Source: Chloroflexota bacterium
Lineage (GTDB): Bacteria; Chloroflexota; Limnocylindria; Limnocylindrales; CSP1-4
Assembly (NCBI GenBank): GCA_030446555.1
Contig: JAUJNA010000004.1
Span: 35,354 to 97,807 of the forward strand
Direction: 5' to 3'
DNA length: 62,454 bases
The notes under the pieces are model-generated. The model was not told the origin of the DNA, ran no database searches, and saw only the letters and a program-made list of their open reading frames with translations. Both the position numbers and the translations under genes were made by a program. This document shows positions 28,264 through 39,280 of this stretch, in pieces; the first letter of the stretch is position 1; the number at the start of each line of letters is the position of its first letter.

Positions 28264-28659
28264 CTAGACCCGCCGCCGCTTGGGGGGGCGGCACCCGTTG
28301 TGCGGGACGGGCGTGACGTCCGTGATCGCGGTCACCTCGAGACCCGCCGCCTGGAGCGATCGGATGGCCTGCTCGCGGCCCGCGCCAGGGCCCTTGACGA
28401 AGACCTCCACCTGACGCATGCCATGCTCCATCGCCCGGCGGGCTGCCCCGTCAGCGCTCATCGCGGCCGCGTACGGCGTGCTCTTGCGCGATCCCTTGAA
28501 CCCGGCCAGCCCCGCGCTGCCCCACGAGATGACCGCTCCCGACGTGTCGGTCAGGGTCACGAGCGTGTTGTTGAACGTGGCCTGGATATGGGCATGACCC
28601 ACCGGCACGTTCTTCCGTTCCCGGCGCTTGGTCTTCGCGGCGCGCTTTCGTTCTGCCAT
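28264..28659 (-). CDS. rpsK: 30S ribosomal protein S11
   Basis: 131 aa. [18 protein letters not shown]...[13 protein letters not shown]. Confidence 0.95.
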   Translation of the reverse strand: MAERKRAAKTKRRERKNVPVGHAHIQATFNNTLVTLTDTSGAVISWGSAGLAGFKGSRKSTPYAAAMSADGAARRAMEHGMRQVEVFVKGPGAGREQAIRSLQAAGLEVTAITDVTPVPHNGCRPPKRRRV

Positions 28660-28728
28660 CCTGCGGTCTGGTCCTCCGGATCAGTGGGTGATCGAGCTCG
28701 CGGGAGATGCCCTCCGGCGCTCTCCTGC

Positions 28729-29100
28729 CTACTTCTTGCGCCTGACGCCTACGGTCCGCTTGGGACCGCGCCGCAGGCGCGCGTTGGTCTTGGTGCGCTG
28801 CCCGCGAGCGGGCAGGTTACGGCGGTGACGCAGGCCGCGGTAGGAGCCGATCTCCTGGAGGCGCTTGATGTTCAGCGCGACCTCCCGACGCAGGTCTCCC
28901 TCGACCTTGTAGCGGCGGTCGATCAGGTCCCGCAGGCGGTTCACCTGCTCCTCGGTCAGGTCCCGGACCCGCGTGTCCGGGTTGACGTTGGCCTGGCCCA
29001 GGATGCGCTGGCTGGTGGGCAGGCCGATCCCATAGACGTACGTCAAGGCGACCTCGACGCGCTTCTCCCGGGGGATGTCGATGCCGGCGATGCGTGCCAT
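28729..29100 (-). CDS. rpsM: 30S ribosomal protein S13
   Basis: 123 aa. [26 protein letters not shown]. Confidence 0.95.
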   Translation of the reverse strand: MARIAGIDIPREKRVEVALTYVYGIGLPTSQRILGQANVNPDTRVRDLTEEQVNRLRDLIDRRYKVEGDLRREVALNIKRLQEIGSYRGLRHRRNLPARGQRTKTNARLRRGPKRTVGVRRKK

Positions 29101-29108
29101 CGCTCCTC

Positions 29109-29222
29109 CTAGCCCTGACGCTGCTTGTGCTTGGGGTTCGGGCAGATGACCATCACGGTCCCGTGGCGCCGGATGACCTTGCAGCGCTCACAGCGGACCT
29201 TGACCGACGCTCCGACCTTCAC
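29109..29222 (-). CDS. rpmJ: 50S ribosomal protein L36
   Basis: Below the ORF-track cutoff. Own translation from GTG 29222 gives [37 protein letters not shown] (CxxC...C...H zinc form). Confidence 0.9.
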   Translation of the reverse strand: MKVGASVKVRCERCKVIRRHGTVMVICPNPKHKQRQG

Positions 29223-29236
29223 TTCGTCTCCGCTGT

Positions 29237-29455
29237 CTACTTCAGTCGATACGTGATACGGCCGCGGGAGAGGTCGTACGGCGACAACTCCACGCGGACC
29301 CTGTCGCCCGGGAGGATGCGGATGAAGTTCATCCGGAGCTTTCCGCTGATGTGGGCCAGGACGCGATGCTTGTTCTCCAATTCGATGGCGAACATGGCGT
29401 TGGGCAACGGCTCGATGACGGTGCCTTCCACCTCGATCGCATCCTTCTTTGCCAC
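29237..29455 (-). CDS. infA: translation initiation factor IF-1
   Basis: 72 aa, GTG start. [47 protein letters not shown]. Confidence 0.95.
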   Translation of the reverse strand: MAKKDAIEVEGTVIEPLPNAMFAIELENKHRVLAHISGKLRMNFIRILPGDRVRVELSPYDLSRGRITYRLK

Positions 29456-29557
29456 AGGCGGCGACGACCTCTATGATCCTGGATGGGTGACGGACGCGGG
29501 CCGGGCGGGCCGGCTGGCGCTGACACGCGGCGAGGTGGCCCCGGCACGCGAACGGGG

Positions 29558-29587
29558 AGTGTACCAGAGCTGAGCACCGGCGGGCAA
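29558..29587 (-). promoter_or_regulatory. candidate promoter upstream of infA (TTGCCC-18-TGgTACACT)
   Basis: Minus strand reads gcTTGCCCgccggtgctcagctcTGGTACACTCCCCGTTCGCG. The 21-nt block CTGGTAsACTCCCCGTTCGCG is shared with the rpsL promoter. Confidence 0.45.
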
Positions 29588-29640
29588 GCGCCTCCGCGAT
29601 CTCCGCCGCCCCGCACGCGCCGGGAGGTGTCGGCGGTCGA

Positions 29641-30441
29641 TCAGGCGCTCAGCTTCTGGGCCACCGCGACCGGATGCTCGGTGAGGATGCGCGGCCCCTC
29701 GGCGGTCACCGCAATGGTGTTCTCCCAATGAGCAGCCAGGCTGCCATCGCGAGTCTCGACCGTCCAACCGTCACGGCGAACGCGGACCTCGTGGCTCCGC
29801 AGCGTGAACATCGGCTCGATGGCCAGGCACAGGCCGGGCTCGATCCGCCGGCCTCGCTGTCCGGTCCGGAAGTTCATCACCTGTGGCTCCTCGTGCATGG
29901 CGGTGCCGATGCCGTGACCCACGAACTGGCGCACCACGCCATAGCCGTGTGCCAGTGCGACGTCCTCGATGGCCGCGGAGATGTCGTCCAGATGGTTGCC
30001 AGGCTGCGCGGCCGCGATGCCCGCGTACATCGCGTCACGCGTGACCGCTACAAGGCGTGTCACCTGTGGCGCGACGTGGCCCACCGTCCAGGTACGGGCG
30101 GCATCACCGTGCCAACCATCCACCACCGCACCGGCGTCGATCGAGACGATCTGGCCTTCCGCGATGCGACGTCGGCCGGGGATGCCGTGGACGACCTCCT
30201 CGTCGATCGAGACGCACAGCGTGTGGCGGTACGGGCCGGCCGGACCCTGCACACCGACGAACGACGGCGTGGCTCCGGCGGAGCGGATCATCTCCTCTGC
30301 CAGCGCGTCGAGCTCCAGCGTCGTGACGCCGGGGCGGATCTCGCGCCCCACGCGGTCGAGGACCTCGGCCACGAGCCGACCGGCCAGCGCCATCCGCTCG
30401 ATCTGGGCGTTGCTCTTCAGCGTCACGCGTCGTTCCGCCAT
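29641..30441 (-). CDS. map: type I methionyl aminopeptidase
   Basis: Frame 29641..30558 trimmed to ATG 30441 (266 aa). [36 protein letters not shown] metal-ligand motifs. Confidence 0.9.
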   Translation of the reverse strand: MAERRVTLKSNAQIERMALAGRLVAEVLDRVGREIRPGVTTLELDALAEEMIRSAGATPSFVGVQGPAGPYRHTLCVSIDEEVVHGIPGRRRIAEGQIVSIDAGAVVDGWHGDAARTWTVGHVAPQVTRLVAVTRDAMYAGIAAAQPGNHLDDISAAIEDVALAHGYGVVRQFVGHGIGTAMHEEPQVMNFRTGQRGRRIEPGLCLAIEPMFTLRSHEVRVRRDGWTVETRDGSLAAHWENTIAVTAEGPRILTEHPVAVAQKLSA

Positions 30442-30445
30442 CGCC

Positions 30446-31135
30446 TCAGCCCGCGGGCAGGACAGCCACGCCCCGGTCGTCGGGACGCCTGATGGCGTGC
30501 AGCAGCGCGGTCGTGACCTCCTCCACCGTCTGGTCGCCACGCACCGGCACCAGGACACCGCGCTCGGCGTAGTGGTCGACGACCTCGTTCATGGGCGGCA
30601 ATTGCTCGGCCAACCGCGCCCGGATTGTGGCGGGTCGGTCGTCCGGCCTCTGATGGAGACGCGTGCCGTCGATATCACAGATGCCGGGGCGAAGGGGCCT
30701 TCGGTTGATGTCGTGGTACATGTGCTGCTCCGCGCCGCGGCAGATCCACCGTCCCGTGAGGCGGCTGGCCAGCTCGTCCGGCGCGACGTCGATGTAGAGG
30801 GCCGCTTCCACCCCCGCGCCTCGCCTCTTCAGCAGGGCGTCGAGCGCCAGCGCCTGCGGGACCGTGCGCGGGAAGCCGTCAAGGATGGCGCCGGCGCGCG
30901 CATCGGGCTGGTCGAGCCGCTCGGCGATCATCCTCACCGTCACGCTGTCGGGTACGAGGGCTCCGCGGTCCATGTAGCGCCGCGCAGCTCGACCGAGGGG
31001 CGTACCCGACTCCAGGGCGGCACGGAAGAGATCGCCCGACGACACCTGCGGGATGCCGAGCTCGGTGGCCAGGCGCTGCGCCTGCGTCCCCTTCCCGGCA
31101 CCCGGACCGCCCACCATCACGAAGAAGCGGGGCAT
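30446..31135 (-). CDS. adk: adenylate kinase
   Basis: Frame trimmed to ATG 31135 (229 aa). P-loop GGPGAGKGTQ, and lid with C...H...C.D residues. Confidence 0.9.
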   Translation of the reverse strand: MPRFFVMVGGPGAGKGTQAQRLATELGIPQVSSGDLFRAALESGTPLGRAARRYMDRGALVPDSVTVRMIAERLDQPDARAGAILDGFPRTVPQALALDALLKRRGAGVEAALYIDVAPDELASRLTGRWICRGAEQHMYHDINRRPLRPGICDIDGTRLHQRPDDRPATIRARLAEQLPPMNEVVDHYAERGVLVPVRGDQTVEEVTTALLHAIRRPDDRGVAVLPAG

Positions 31136-31166
31136 GGTCGGCGGGGTGATCACGGCTGCGCTCGTC

Positions 31167-31192
31167 GGCCGCACACCGTTCCCGGTGCGGCC
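31167..31192 (-). other. GC-rich stem-loop in the secY-adk spacer (8-bp stem GGCCGCAC/GTGCGGCC, 10-nt loop); function unknown
   Basis: Inverted repeat read directly from the sequence. There is no U-tract, so it is not a canonical intrinsic terminator. Confidence 0.3.
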
Positions 31193-31197
31193 TCGGG

Positions 31198-32478
31198 TCA
31201 CCGGATGAACCCCTCGTAGTTGCGCATCATCAGCTGCGCCTCGATCTGCTTCATCGTCTCCACCACGACCGAGACCACGATCAGCAGCGCCGTGCCGCCC
31301 AGCGCGAAATTGGCCACCACGCTCCCGCGGAAGACCGACTCGATGACCACCGGCGACACCGCGACGAGGCCCAGGAACAGGGCGCCGGCGATGCTGATCC
31401 GGAAGACCACCCGAGCCAGGTAGTCGCGCGTGGGCGAGCCGGGTCGGATGCCGGGGATGAAGCCACCGTTCTTGCGCAGCTGGTCGGCTGTCTCGTCCGG
31501 TTTGAAGGTGAACGCCGTGTAGAAGTACGTGAAGCCCACCGTGAGCAGGAAGTAGCCCGCGATGTAGATGGGCCCTCGCGGGTCGAGGGCCTGGGTGATG
31601 CCGGTGGCGATGTCGCCGACGACACCGATCGAGCCGGCGAAGTAGCTGGCGATCTGGAACGGGAAGGCGAGGATGCTGATGGCGAAGATGATGGGGATGA
31701 CGCCGGCCTGGTTGACCCGCAGGGGCAGGAACGTCGCGCCACCCTGGTACATGCGCCGTCCCCGGACGCGGCTTGCGTACTGGATGGGGATGCGGCGCTG
31801 CCCCTCCTGGATGTAGACGATGACCGCCACGGCGACCACCGCCAGGATGGCGAAGAGGACGCCCTGCGCGATATCCGGGCTCGTGGCGAACTGGCTGAGC
31901 CCCTGGGGCAACCCGGCGACGATGCCGGCGAAGATGATGAAGCTGATGCCGTTGCCGATGCCACGCTCGGTGATGAGCTCACCCAGCCACATCACGAGGA
32001 CCGCCCCTCCCGCGAGCGTGAACATCTGGATGAGCGTCTCGAAGCGCGCCAGATCGAAGTTCGTGATGATCTGCTGTTGCGAGAGGATGGCCAGCGTGCC
32101 ATATGACTGGAGGAAGGCGAGCGGGACCGTCAGGTAGCGCGTGTACTGGTTGATCCGGTTGCGGCCGTACTCACCTTCGCGCGACAGCTGCTGCAGTCGG
32201 GGCACGACGCCCGACATGAGCTGCATGATGATCGAAGCGTTGATGTACGGGGTCATGGCCAGCGCGACGATCGACAGGTCGGCGAGGCCGCCGCCCGAGA
32301 ACAGGTTGATGAGCTGGAGGAAGGGCTGTGTGCCCAGGAAGCTCTGCAGCTGCCCGCGGTCGACGCCGGGCACCGGCACATGGCCGAGCGCCCGGTAGAG
32401 GATGAGCATCCCCGCCACGAACAGGATGCGCCGCCGGATGTCCGGCGTCCGGATCGCGTTGACCAGCGCGTCGAACAC
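31198..32478 (-). CDS. secY: preprotein translocase subunit SecY
   Basis: 426 aa with multiple TM segments. ...PFLQLINLFSGGGL...GISFIIFAGIV...; sits between rplO and adk. Confidence 0.93.
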   Translation of the reverse strand: MFDALVNAIRTPDIRRRILFVAGMLILYRALGHVPVPGVDRGQLQSFLGTQPFLQLINLFSGGGLADLSIVALAMTPYINASIIMQLMSGVVPRLQQLSREGEYGRNRINQYTRYLTVPLAFLQSYGTLAILSQQQIITNFDLARFETLIQMFTLAGGAVLVMWLGELITERGIGNGISFIIFAGIVAGLPQGLSQFATSPDIAQGVLFAILAVVAVAVIVYIQEGQRRIPIQYASRVRGRRMYQGGATFLPLRVNQAGVIPIIFAISILAFPFQIASYFAGSIGVVGDIATGITQALDPRGPIYIAGYFLLTVGFTYFYTAFTFKPDETADQLRKNGGFIPGIRPGSPTRDYLARVVFRISIAGALFLGLVAVSPVVIESVFRGSVVANFALGGTALLIVVSVVVETMKQIEAQLMMRNYEGFIR

Positions 32479-32479
32479 G

Positions 32480-33169
32480 CTACTCGCTCGCTGACTCGGC
32501 CGATGCTCGGCGCGTGCGCCGCCCGGGTGGGGTCGCGGTCTCGGTCGTCTCGGCGGCAGGGGCCATCGCGTCGGGCGCGGCCGTGCTCGCGGCCGGGCCC
32601 CGCCCTGCCGTATCGGCAGCGTCGCCGTCCGGCACGGGTGAGTCGACCACCGCGGGGTCCGGCGCGAGGAGCTGGACGAAGCCGCCCGCGTCCTCGATCT
32701 TGGTGCGCGCGCTGCGGGTGAAGGCGTCGGCGGCCACGAAGAGCTTCTCCGTCACATCACCGGTGCCCAGGATCTTCACCGGGCGACGGTCGGAACCCAC
32801 CAGCCCGGCACGACGCAGGACCTCCGTGTTGACCGTCACGGGGGCGTTCATACCGCCGGCCGGCTCGCCTGCAGGGGCCTCCGCCTCGACGCCGAACCGG
32901 CCAGCCGACGCATAGGCCGAGATCCGGCCGACGTTGACGACCTGGTACTCCACCCGGTCGCGCCGCTTGAACCCGCGCAGCTTGGGCACCCGGATGTGGA
33001 TCGGCGTCTGGCCACCCTCGAACCATGCGGGGATCGATGCGCCGGCGCGTGCCTTCTGGCCCTTCGTGCCCCGGCCGGCGGTCTTTCCCTTACCAGCCGA
33101 GATGCCACGGCCCACGCGCGTCCGATCCTTGCGCGAACCGGGCGCGGGCCTGAGCTCGTGGAGCTTCAC
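32480..33169 (-). CDS. rplO: 50S ribosomal protein L15 with ~60-aa low-complexity C-terminal extension
   Basis: 229 aa. [41 protein letters not shown]... The core ends near AGGFVQLL, then an Ala/Pro/Thr/Asp-rich tail follows. Confidence 0.9.
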   Translation of the reverse strand: MKLHELRPAPGSRKDRTRVGRGISAGKGKTAGRGTKGQKARAGASIPAWFEGGQTPIHIRVPKLRGFKRRDRVEYQVVNVGRISAYASAGRFGVEAEAPAGEPAGGMNAPVTVNTEVLRRAGLVGSDRRPVKILGTGDVTEKLFVAADAFTRSARTKIEDAGGFVQLLAPDPAVVDSPVPDGDAADTAGRGPAASTAAPDAMAPAAETTETATPPGRRTRRASAESASE

Positions 33170-33417
33170 GATCCGTTCTCCTGACTTTCCCGGGTGCTGC
33201 GGACCCGTCGTCGCGATGACCCCTCACCGCCGGCAGCGACCTCCTCGGTCGTCAGCAGATAGGCGACGGCGCGGACCATACCGCGTGTCGCCTCGTTGTC
33301 GACGATCTCGACGGTCTGGCCGATCCGGTGCAGGCCGAGTGCCCGGACCGTGCCGCGCGCCTCCCGGGTCGTGCTCACCGTGCTCTTGCGGAGCGTGACG
33401 CGCAGCTTACCGGCCAT
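33166..33417 (-). CDS. rpmD: 50S ribosomal protein L30
   Basis: 83 aa. [34 protein letters not shown], plus a ~20-aa tail. Confidence 0.9.
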   Translation of the reverse strand: MAGKLRVTLRKSTVSTTREARGTVRALGLHRIGQTVEIVDNEATRGMVRAVAYLLTTEEVAAGGEGSSRRRVRSTRESQENGS

Positions 33418-33955
33418 CGGCGCTCACCTCGCCGGCCACGGTCGCGGCCGATTGTCCGGCGATCGTGCTGCGCAACGGGCGGCCGCGACGCGCAGAGAGC
33501 TCGTCCGCGCTGTGCATGTTGCGCAGTGCCTCGAGCGTCGCCCGCACGACGTTGACCGGATTGTTGGAGCCCAGCGACTTGGAGAGGATGTCGCGCACGC
33601 CGGCCGCCTCGACGACGGCGCGCACAGAGCCGCCGGCGATGACGCCGGTGCCCTGTGACGCCGGCTTCAGCAGCACCGTACTGGCACCGAACTGCTGTCG
33701 CACCTCGTGCGGCACCGTCGTCCCCACGAGCGGGACGCGGATGAGGTTCTTCTTGGCGTCCTCGACTCCTTTGCGGATGGCCTCGGGGACCTCGCCGGCC
33801 TTGCCCAGTCCAGCACCCACGTGTCCCTTGCCGTCGCCGACGACGACCACCGCGCTGAAGCTGAAGCGGCGGCCGCCCTTGACCACCTTGGCGACCCGAT
33901 TGATCTGGACCACGCGCTCCTCGAGCGTCAGCTTGGCGGGGTCGATCCGTGCCAT
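33407..33955 (-). CDS. rpsE: 30S ribosomal protein S5
   Basis: 182 aa. [36 protein letters not shown]. Confidence 0.95.
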   Translation of the reverse strand: MARIDPAKLTLEERVVQINRVAKVVKGGRRFSFSAVVVVGDGKGHVGAGLGKAGEVPEAIRKGVEDAKKNLIRVPLVGTTVPHEVRQQFGASTVLLKPASQGTGVIAGGSVRAVVEAAGVRDILSKSLGSNNPVNVVRATLEALRNMHSADELSARRGRPLRSTIAGQSAATVAGEVSADGR

Positions 33956-33972
33956 GCGGCTCCTCTCGTCCT

Positions 33973-34335
33973 CTAGAAGTCCAGGCCGGATCCCCGCGCA
34001 CCCTCGGCGAGGGCCCGGATCCGTCCGTGATAGCGAAAACCCGCTCGGTCGAACACCACCCGGGTCACGCCCGCCGCCCGTGCGCGCTCACCCAGGAGGG
34101 CGCCGACCCGACGAGCGCGCTCGCTCTTGGTCCCCTCGCCGGAGCGCAACTCGCGCTCCAGCGACGATGCGCTGGCGAGCGTCCGGCCGGCCGTATCGTC
34201 GATGACCTGGGCGTAGATCTGGTCGATGCTACGGAACACGGCGAGACGCGGGCGTGAGGGAGATCCCTCCACCGCGAGGCGGATCCGAACGTGGCGCTTG
34301 CGGCGGGTGGCGGTCCGCGTGGTTGCCGTGGCCAT
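33973..34335 (-). CDS. rplR: 50S ribosomal protein L18
   Basis: Frame 33973..34701 trimmed to ATG 34335 (120 aa). GGAGGAG lies upstream. [20 protein letters not shown]...[22 protein letters not shown]. Confidence 0.92.
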   Translation of the reverse strand: MATATTRTATRRKRHVRIRLAVEGSPSRPRLAVFRSIDQIYAQVIDDTAGRTLASASSLERELRSGEGTKSERARRVGALLGERARAAGVTRVVFDRAGFRYHGRIRALAEGARGSGLDF

Positions 34336-34432
34336 GTGTGCTCCTCCGATCGTCCGGAGCCGCGATGACGCGGCGCCGGTCAGCGGGCTGACGCGATGGG
34401 TCCGTCGATGTGCCGGCCCGGCCCTGCCCCGA

Positions 34433-34984
34433 TCACTTCTTGCCGCCGATCTTGCCGGCCTTGCCCTGCTTGCGGCGGATGCTCTCGCCCGCGTAGCGGA
34501 CGCCCTTGCCCTTGTACGGCTCGGGCTTGCGTGTCGCGCGAACCCGCGCGGCCACGTGGCCGACGAGCTCCTTGTCGATCCCGGTGACCGCGAGGCGGGT
34601 GGGCGTCTCCACCTCGAACGCGATACCGGCGGGCGGTTCGATCTCCACCGGGTGGCTGTAACCCAGGTTGAGCTGCAGCTTGCGGCCGACGAGCTGCGCA
34701 CGATACCCCACGCCGGTGATCTCGAGGCCCTTGCGGTAGCCGTCGGTGACGCCGATCACCATGTTGGCGACGAGGGTGCGCGTCAAGCCATGCAGCGCCC
34801 TGGACCTCTTCAGGTCGTCCGGCCGCTCGATGCGCAGCGTCCCGTCCTCGCGGACGACCCGCATCTCGGGCACCAGCTCGCGTGAGAGCTCTCCGCGCGG
34901 GCCCGTGACCGTGATCCGCTCACCCTCGAGGGTCACGTCGACCCCTTGGGGGATGGTGATGGCCAGCCGTCCGATGCGTGACAC
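34433..34984 (-). CDS. rplF: 50S ribosomal protein L6
   Basis: 183 aa. [34 protein letters not shown]. Confidence 0.95.
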   Translation of the reverse strand: MSRIGRLAITIPQGVDVTLEGERITVTGPRGELSRELVPEMRVVREDGTLRIERPDDLKRSRALHGLTRTLVANMVIGVTDGYRKGLEITGVGYRAQLVGRKLQLNLGYSHPVEIEPPAGIAFEVETPTRLAVTGIDKELVGHVAARVRATRKPEPYKGKGVRYAGESIRRKQGKAGKIGGKK

Positions 34985-34991
34985 AGCGCGC

Positions 34992-35387
34992 CTACCAGAC
35001 CATGGCCAGGACTTCGCCCCCCAGCTGGCCCTTGCGGGCCTGGCTGCCGGTCATGATGCCCTGGCTGGTGCTGACGATGACGATGCCCAGGCCCCCCAGC
35101 ACCCTGGGGATGTCCGCCTTGGACGCGTAGACCCGAAGACCGGGCTTGCTGACCCGCTTGAGTCCGCTGACCACCGGCACCTTGCCCACGTACTTGAGCT
35201 TGATGCGCAGGACGGCCCGCGTCCCGTCCTGGGCCTCGCCGAAGTCCTCGATGAAGCCCTCGTCGCGCAGGATGCGCGCGATGGCCACCTTGGTGCGGGA
35301 GGACGGCAGGACGACCTCCTCGTGACGCGCCCGTGTGGCGTTCCTGATGCGGGTGAGCATGTCGGCGATGGGGTCGGAGACGTTCAT
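34992..35387 (-). CDS. rpsH: 30S ribosomal protein S8
   Basis: 131 aa. [13 protein letters not shown]...[15 protein letters not shown]. Confidence 0.95.
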   Translation of the reverse strand: MNVSDPIADMLTRIRNATRARHEEVVLPSSRTKVAIARILRDEGFIEDFGEAQDGTRAVLRIKLKYVGKVPVVSGLKRVSKPGLRVYASKADIPRVLGGLGIVIVSTSQGIMTGSQARKGQLGGEVLAMVW

Positions 35388-35391
35388 GCGA

Positions 35392-35577
35392 TCACCAGCT
35401 CGACTTGGTCACCCCCGGCAGCTCGCCCAGCAGGGCGCGCTCCCGGAAGCAGATGCGGCACATCGCGAACCGACGCATGTAGCCGCGCGCGCGCCCACAG
35501 ACAGTGCAGCGGGTGTAGGTGCGCACGCCGAAGCGCGAGCCACGCTTCTGTTTGGCGATGAGGGACTTCTTGGCCAT
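35392..35577 (-). CDS. rpsN: 30S ribosomal protein S14 type Z (zinc-binding, 61 aa)
   Basis: [12 protein letters not shown]...[23 protein letters not shown] (CxxC...CxxC). Confidence 0.93.
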   Translation of the reverse strand: MAKKSLIAKQKRGSRFGVRTYTRCTVCGRARGYMRRFAMCRICFRERALLGELPGVTKSSW

Positions 35578-35601
35578 CCGATCCTTCCTCCTGTGCGCCG
35601 C

Positions 35602-36141
35602 TCAGCCGGCGAAGGGCATGCCGAGGAGCGCGAGCAGGCGCTTGGACTCCTCGTCGGTCTTCGCCGTCGTCACGATGCTCACCTCGAGCCCGCGCAGGCG
35701 GTCCACCTTGTCGTAATCGATCTCCGGGAAGGCGAGCTGCTCACGCAGCCCGAGCGAATAGTTGCCGCGGCCATCGAATGACCGCGATGGCACGCCACGG
35801 AAGTCGCGGATACGCGGCAGGGCGAGACGCGTGAGCCGCTCCAGGAAGTCCCACATCCGCTCCCCGCGGAGGGTCACCTTGAGGCCGATGGCGTTGCCGG
35901 TCCGAAGCCGGAACTGGGCGATGGATCGCTTGGCGCGCGTGACGATGGGCTTCTGGCCCGTGATGGTGGTCAGGTCGCCCATCGCGGCATCGAGCGCCTT
36001 GGCGTTCTGGAGCGCCTCACCCAGGCCGATGTTGACGATGATCTTGGTCAGCCGCGGGACCTGCATCGGGTTGGCGTATCCGAACTCCTTCTGGAGCGCG
36101 GGTACCACCTCCGAGGTGTAGCGGTCACGAAGCTCGCTCAC
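35602..36141 (-). CDS. rplE: 50S ribosomal protein L5
   Basis: Frame trimmed to GTG 36141 (GTGA overlap with the rplX stop). [40 protein letters not shown]. Confidence 0.92.
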   Translation of the reverse strand: MSELRDRYTSEVVPALQKEFGYANPMQVPRLTKIIVNIGLGEALQNAKALDAAMGDLTTITGQKPIVTRAKRSIAQFRLRTGNAIGLKVTLRGERMWDFLERLTRLALPRIRDFRGVPSRSFDGRGNYSLGLREQLAFPEIDYDKVDRLRGLEVSIVTTAKTDEESKRLLALLGMPFAG

Positions 36142-36536
36142 GACTTGCCTTTCTCGAGACGGGCGAGCGCCTCGCCGCAATGCTTGCACACACGAACGCT
36201 GCGACCGTCCGCGGCCTGATCGTGTCGGACCCGCGTGGGAGCGTGGCACGAGGGGCAGACGATCATGACGTTGCTGACGTGGAGCGGCCGCGCGATCTCC
36301 AGGATGCCGCCCTGCTGGATGCGCGGCTGGCGCTCCGTGCGCCCCTGCCTGGGCCGCGGCTTGGTATGCCGCTTGGCGATGTTGAGGCCGTCGACCACGA
36401 GCCGGTCGGGGTTCTCCATGCGTTCCACGGTGCCCCGCTTGCCGGCGTCCTTGCCGGTCAGGATGAGCACTTCGTCGCCGCGTCGGATATCCGCGACCCG
36501 CGTCTGGCGGGGCTGGGGGACGGCACGGGCCATCAC
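36138..36536 (-). CDS. rplX: 50S ribosomal protein L24 (KOW) carrying a C-terminal four-Cys motif
   Basis: 132 aa. [24 protein letters not shown] motif, then CPSCHAP...VCKHCGE. Confidence 0.9.
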   Translation of the reverse strand: MMARAVPQPRQTRVADIRRGDEVLILTGKDAGKRGTVERMENPDRLVVDGLNIAKRHTKPRPRQGRTERQPRIQQGGILEIARPLHVSNVMIVCPSCHAPTRVRHDQAADGRSVRVCKHCGEALARLEKGKS

Positions 36537-36901
36537 AGCACCTCCGGCGCGAGCGACACGATCTTCATGTAGTTCCGTTCGCGCAGCTCGCGCGCAACGG
36601 GCCCGAAGATACGGGTACCCCGCGGGTTGCCCTGGTTGTTGATGAGCACGGCTGCGTTCTCGTCGAAGCGGATGTAGCTGCCGTCGGGACGGCCGAACTC
36701 CTTGTTCGTGCGGACCACCACGGCACGCACCACGTCGCCCTTCTTGACCGCCGCGTTGGGGATGGCCTGCTTGACGCTGGCGACGATGACGTCACCGACG
36801 CCAGCGGTGGTCTTCTGCGATCGCCCCAGGATACGGATGCACTGGATGGTCCGCGCCCCCGTGTTGTCCGCCACCCGGAGACGGCTGTTCGACTGGATCA
36901 T
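36533..36901 (-). CDS. rplN: 50S ribosomal protein L14
   Basis: 122 aa. [26 protein letters not shown]. Confidence 0.95.
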   Translation of the reverse strand: MIQSNSRLRVADNTGARTIQCIRILGRSQKTTAGVGDVIVASVKQAIPNAAVKKGDVVRAVVVRTNKEFGRPDGSYIRFDENAAVLINNQGNPRGTRIFGPVARELRERNYMKIVSLAPEVL

Positions 36902-37305
36902 GCCCGAGGCTCCGCCGGCGGCGAGTCGGCGTCTTCAGTGGTCTCGACCCCTTCCGAACGACCCGGGTGAGCGGCCATGTGGATGGCCTCCGACGTGGCC
37001 GGCTCCTCGGCGGCGATGGGCTCCGTGGCGCCCTCGCCGGCACGTTGGACGATCTCCACTAGGCGCCAGCGCTTGGTGGCGCTCAGCGGCCGCGACTCCT
37101 CGATGCGCACGGTGTCGCCCATGTGCGCCTCGTTGCCCTCATCGTGGGCCTTGAACTTGGTGGACAGGCGGATGACGCGCTTGTAGAGCGGATGGCGCGA
37201 CAGGCGCTCGACCGAGACCACGATCGTCTTGTCCATCTTGTCCGACACCACGCGCCCGACCTGCCGCTTGCGCCGGGTGCGCGCCCCGGCCTGCATGGCG
37301 CTCAC
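36898..37305 (-). CDS. rpsQ: 30S ribosomal protein S17 with ~50-aa acidic C-terminal extension
   Basis: 135 aa. [29 protein letters not shown]...KRWRLVEIV, then the tail. Confidence 0.92.
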   Translation of the reverse strand: MSAMQAGARTRRKRQVGRVVSDKMDKTIVVSVERLSRHPLYKRVIRLSTKFKAHDEGNEAHMGDTVRIEESRPLSATKRWRLVEIVQRAGEGATEPIAAEEPATSEAIHMAAHPGRSEGVETTEDADSPPAEPRA

Positions 37306-37541
37306 CGCTTCCCTCCGGCCCCTGCGTGAGCACCGCTCACCGCCGTCACGTCCGCGCGCCGGCGCTCGGTCTGCACGGTCAGCAGCCGAGCGATGCTGCG
37401 GCGCGTGGCCGGGATCTGGTTGTGGTCGGTCAGCTGGCGCGTGGCCAGCTGGAAGCGCAGGTCGTAGAGATGCCGCCGCGCGACCGTGAGCTGCTCGTTC
37501 AGCTCATCGTCGGTCAACGACCGGACCTTAGCGATGTCCAT
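37302..37541 (-). CDS. rpmC: 50S ribosomal protein L29
   Basis: Frame trimmed to ATG 37541 (79 aa). [32 protein letters not shown]. Confidence 0.9.
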   Translation of the reverse strand: MDIAKVRSLTDDELNEQLTVARRHLYDLRFQLATRQLTDHNQIPATRRSIARLLTVQTERRRADVTAVSGAHAGAGGKR

Positions 37542-37956
37542 CGCCCGCTCCTTCGCGCACCACGAACCTGACGTCCACGGGCAGCTTGTGACTGGCCAGG
37601 CGCATCGCCTCGGCCGCCTCGGCCTCGGGCACACCGGCCATCTCGAAGAGGATGCGACCGGGTCGGACGACAGCGACCCAGTGGTCGGGCGCCCCCTTTC
37701 CCGAGCCCATGCGGACCTCGGCCGGCTTCTTGGTGACCGGCTTGTCGGGGAAGATCCGGATCCAGATCTTGCCGCCGCGCTTGACGTGGCGGGTCATGGC
37801 GCGCCGCGCGGACTCGATCTGACGGCTGGTGATCCATGCCGGCTCCTCGGTCATCATGCCGAAGTCGCCGAACGCGATGGAGCTGCCGCCCTTGGCCATG
37901 CCGCTCATGCGGCCGCGCATCACCTTGCGGTGCTTGACCCGACGGGGCATCAGCAT
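37528..37956 (-). CDS. rplP: 50S ribosomal protein L16
   Basis: 142 aa. [19 protein letters not shown]... Confidence 0.95.
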   Translation of the reverse strand: MLMPRRVKHRKVMRGRMSGMAKGGSSIAFGDFGMMTEEPAWITSRQIESARRAMTRHVKRGGKIWIRIFPDKPVTKKPAEVRMGSGKGAPDHWVAVVRPGRILFEMAGVPEAEAAEAMRLASHKLPVDVRFVVREGAGDGHR

Positions 37957-37958
37957 GG

Positions 37959-38636
37959 CTACGCCCCCACCGGGGTAAGGGTCGCCGCCTGGTCCCGCGG
38001 GATCTGGCGCTCGGCGATGACGTCACCGCGGTAGATCCAGACCTTGACACCGATCCGCCCGTAGGTCGTGTGGGCATGCACCTGGCCGTAGCTGATGTCA
38101 GCGCGCAGCGTGCCCACCGGGATGCGCCCCTCCTTGTCCCATTCGCGGCGCGCCATCTCCGAGCCACCCAAGCGACCGGAGACCTGGATCCGGACGCCCT
38201 TGGCACCGGCCTTCATGGTCCGCTGCACGGACTGCTTGATGGCCTTTCGGAACGCGATGCGCCGGGCGAGCTGCTGCGCGATGTTCGTGGCGACGAGCAC
38301 CGCGTCCAGCTCGGGCTGGCGGATCTCCTTGATCTCCAGCTTGACCTTGCGCGTGGTGAGCCGGCCGATCTGCTGGCGCAGCGCCTCGACGTTGGCGCCG
38401 CCCTTGCCGATGACGATGCCCGGCTTGGCGGTGTGGACGGTGACCGTCACGTGGTTGATGCCGCGCTCGATCTCGACTTGGCTGACGCTCGCGTTGGCGA
38501 GGCGCCGGGTGACGAGACGGCGGATGGTCATGTCCTCCTTCAGCAGGCTCGTGTAGTCGCGGTCGGCGTACCACTTGGCGTTCCAGGTCCGCGAGACGCC
38601 GAGGCGGAACCCGTACGGGTGGACCTTGCGGCCCAT
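37959..38636 (-). CDS. rpsC: 30S ribosomal protein S3
   Basis: 225 aa. [26 protein letters not shown] domain. Confidence 0.95.
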   Translation of the reverse strand: MGRKVHPYGFRLGVSRTWNAKWYADRDYTSLLKEDMTIRRLVTRRLANASVSQVEIERGINHVTVTVHTAKPGIVIGKGGANVEALRQQIGRLTTRKVKLEIKEIRQPELDAVLVATNIAQQLARRIAFRKAIKQSVQRTMKAGAKGVRIQVSGRLGGSEMARREWDKEGRIPVGTLRADISYGQVHAHTTYGRIGVKVWIYRGDVIAERQIPRDQAATLTPVGA

Positions 38637-38977
38637 CAGCGCACCTCCCGGTCCTCGACGACCACGGTGACGTGGGTCATCGGCTTGTGGATGGCGAAGG
38701 CGCGCCCTTGGGCGCGCTCCCTGTAGCGCTTCATCGTCGGTCCTTCATCAGCGGTCGCCTGCACGACCACCAGGTCGTCGACGGACAGGTCGTGGTTGTT
38801 CTCGGCGTTGGCGGCCGCACTCTTGAGCACCTTGGCCACCTCCTTCGCGGCTCCCTGGGGCATGAACCGGAGCATGGACGCGGCCTCCGAGACCGGCTTG
38901 CCCACGATGGCCTGCGTCACCAGGCGCGTCTTGCGGGTGGAGCGGCGCACGTACTTGGCGGTGGCGGAGACTCGCAC
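38636..38977 (-). CDS. rplV: 50S ribosomal protein L22
   Basis: 113 aa. [26 protein letters not shown]. Confidence 0.95.
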   Translation of the reverse strand: MRVSATAKYVRRSTRKTRLVTQAIVGKPVSEAASMLRFMPQGAAKEVAKVLKSAAANAENNHDLSVDDLVVVQATADEGPTMKRYRERAQGRAFAIHKPMTHVTVVVEDREVR

Positions 38978-38985
38978 GACGGCTC

Positions 38986-39270
38986 CTACTTCAGGGCCAT
39001 CGATCGCTCGGTGTGCTTGCCATGCCCGCGGAAGGTGCGGGTGGGCGCGAACTCACCGAGCCGATGACCGACCATGTTCTCGGTCACGTAGACCGGGATG
39101 TGCTTCTTGCCGTTGTAGACGGCCACCGTGTGGCCGATGAAATCGGGGAAGATCACGCTGGCGCGCGACCAGGTCTTCAGCACCTTCTTCTCGTTGCGAC
39201 GATTCATCGTCTGGATGCGACCCATGAGCCGCTCCTCGACGAACGGCCCCTTCTTGAGCGATCGAGACAT
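38986..39270 (-). CDS. rpsS: 30S ribosomal protein S19
   Basis: 94 aa. [15 protein letters not shown]...[17 protein letters not shown]. Confidence 0.95.
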   Translation of the reverse strand: MSRSLKKGPFVEERLMGRIQTMNRRNEKKVLKTWSRASVIFPDFIGHTVAVYNGKKHIPVYVTENMVGHRLGEFAPTRTFRGHGKHTERSMALK

Positions 39271-39280
39271 CGCGGGCCTC

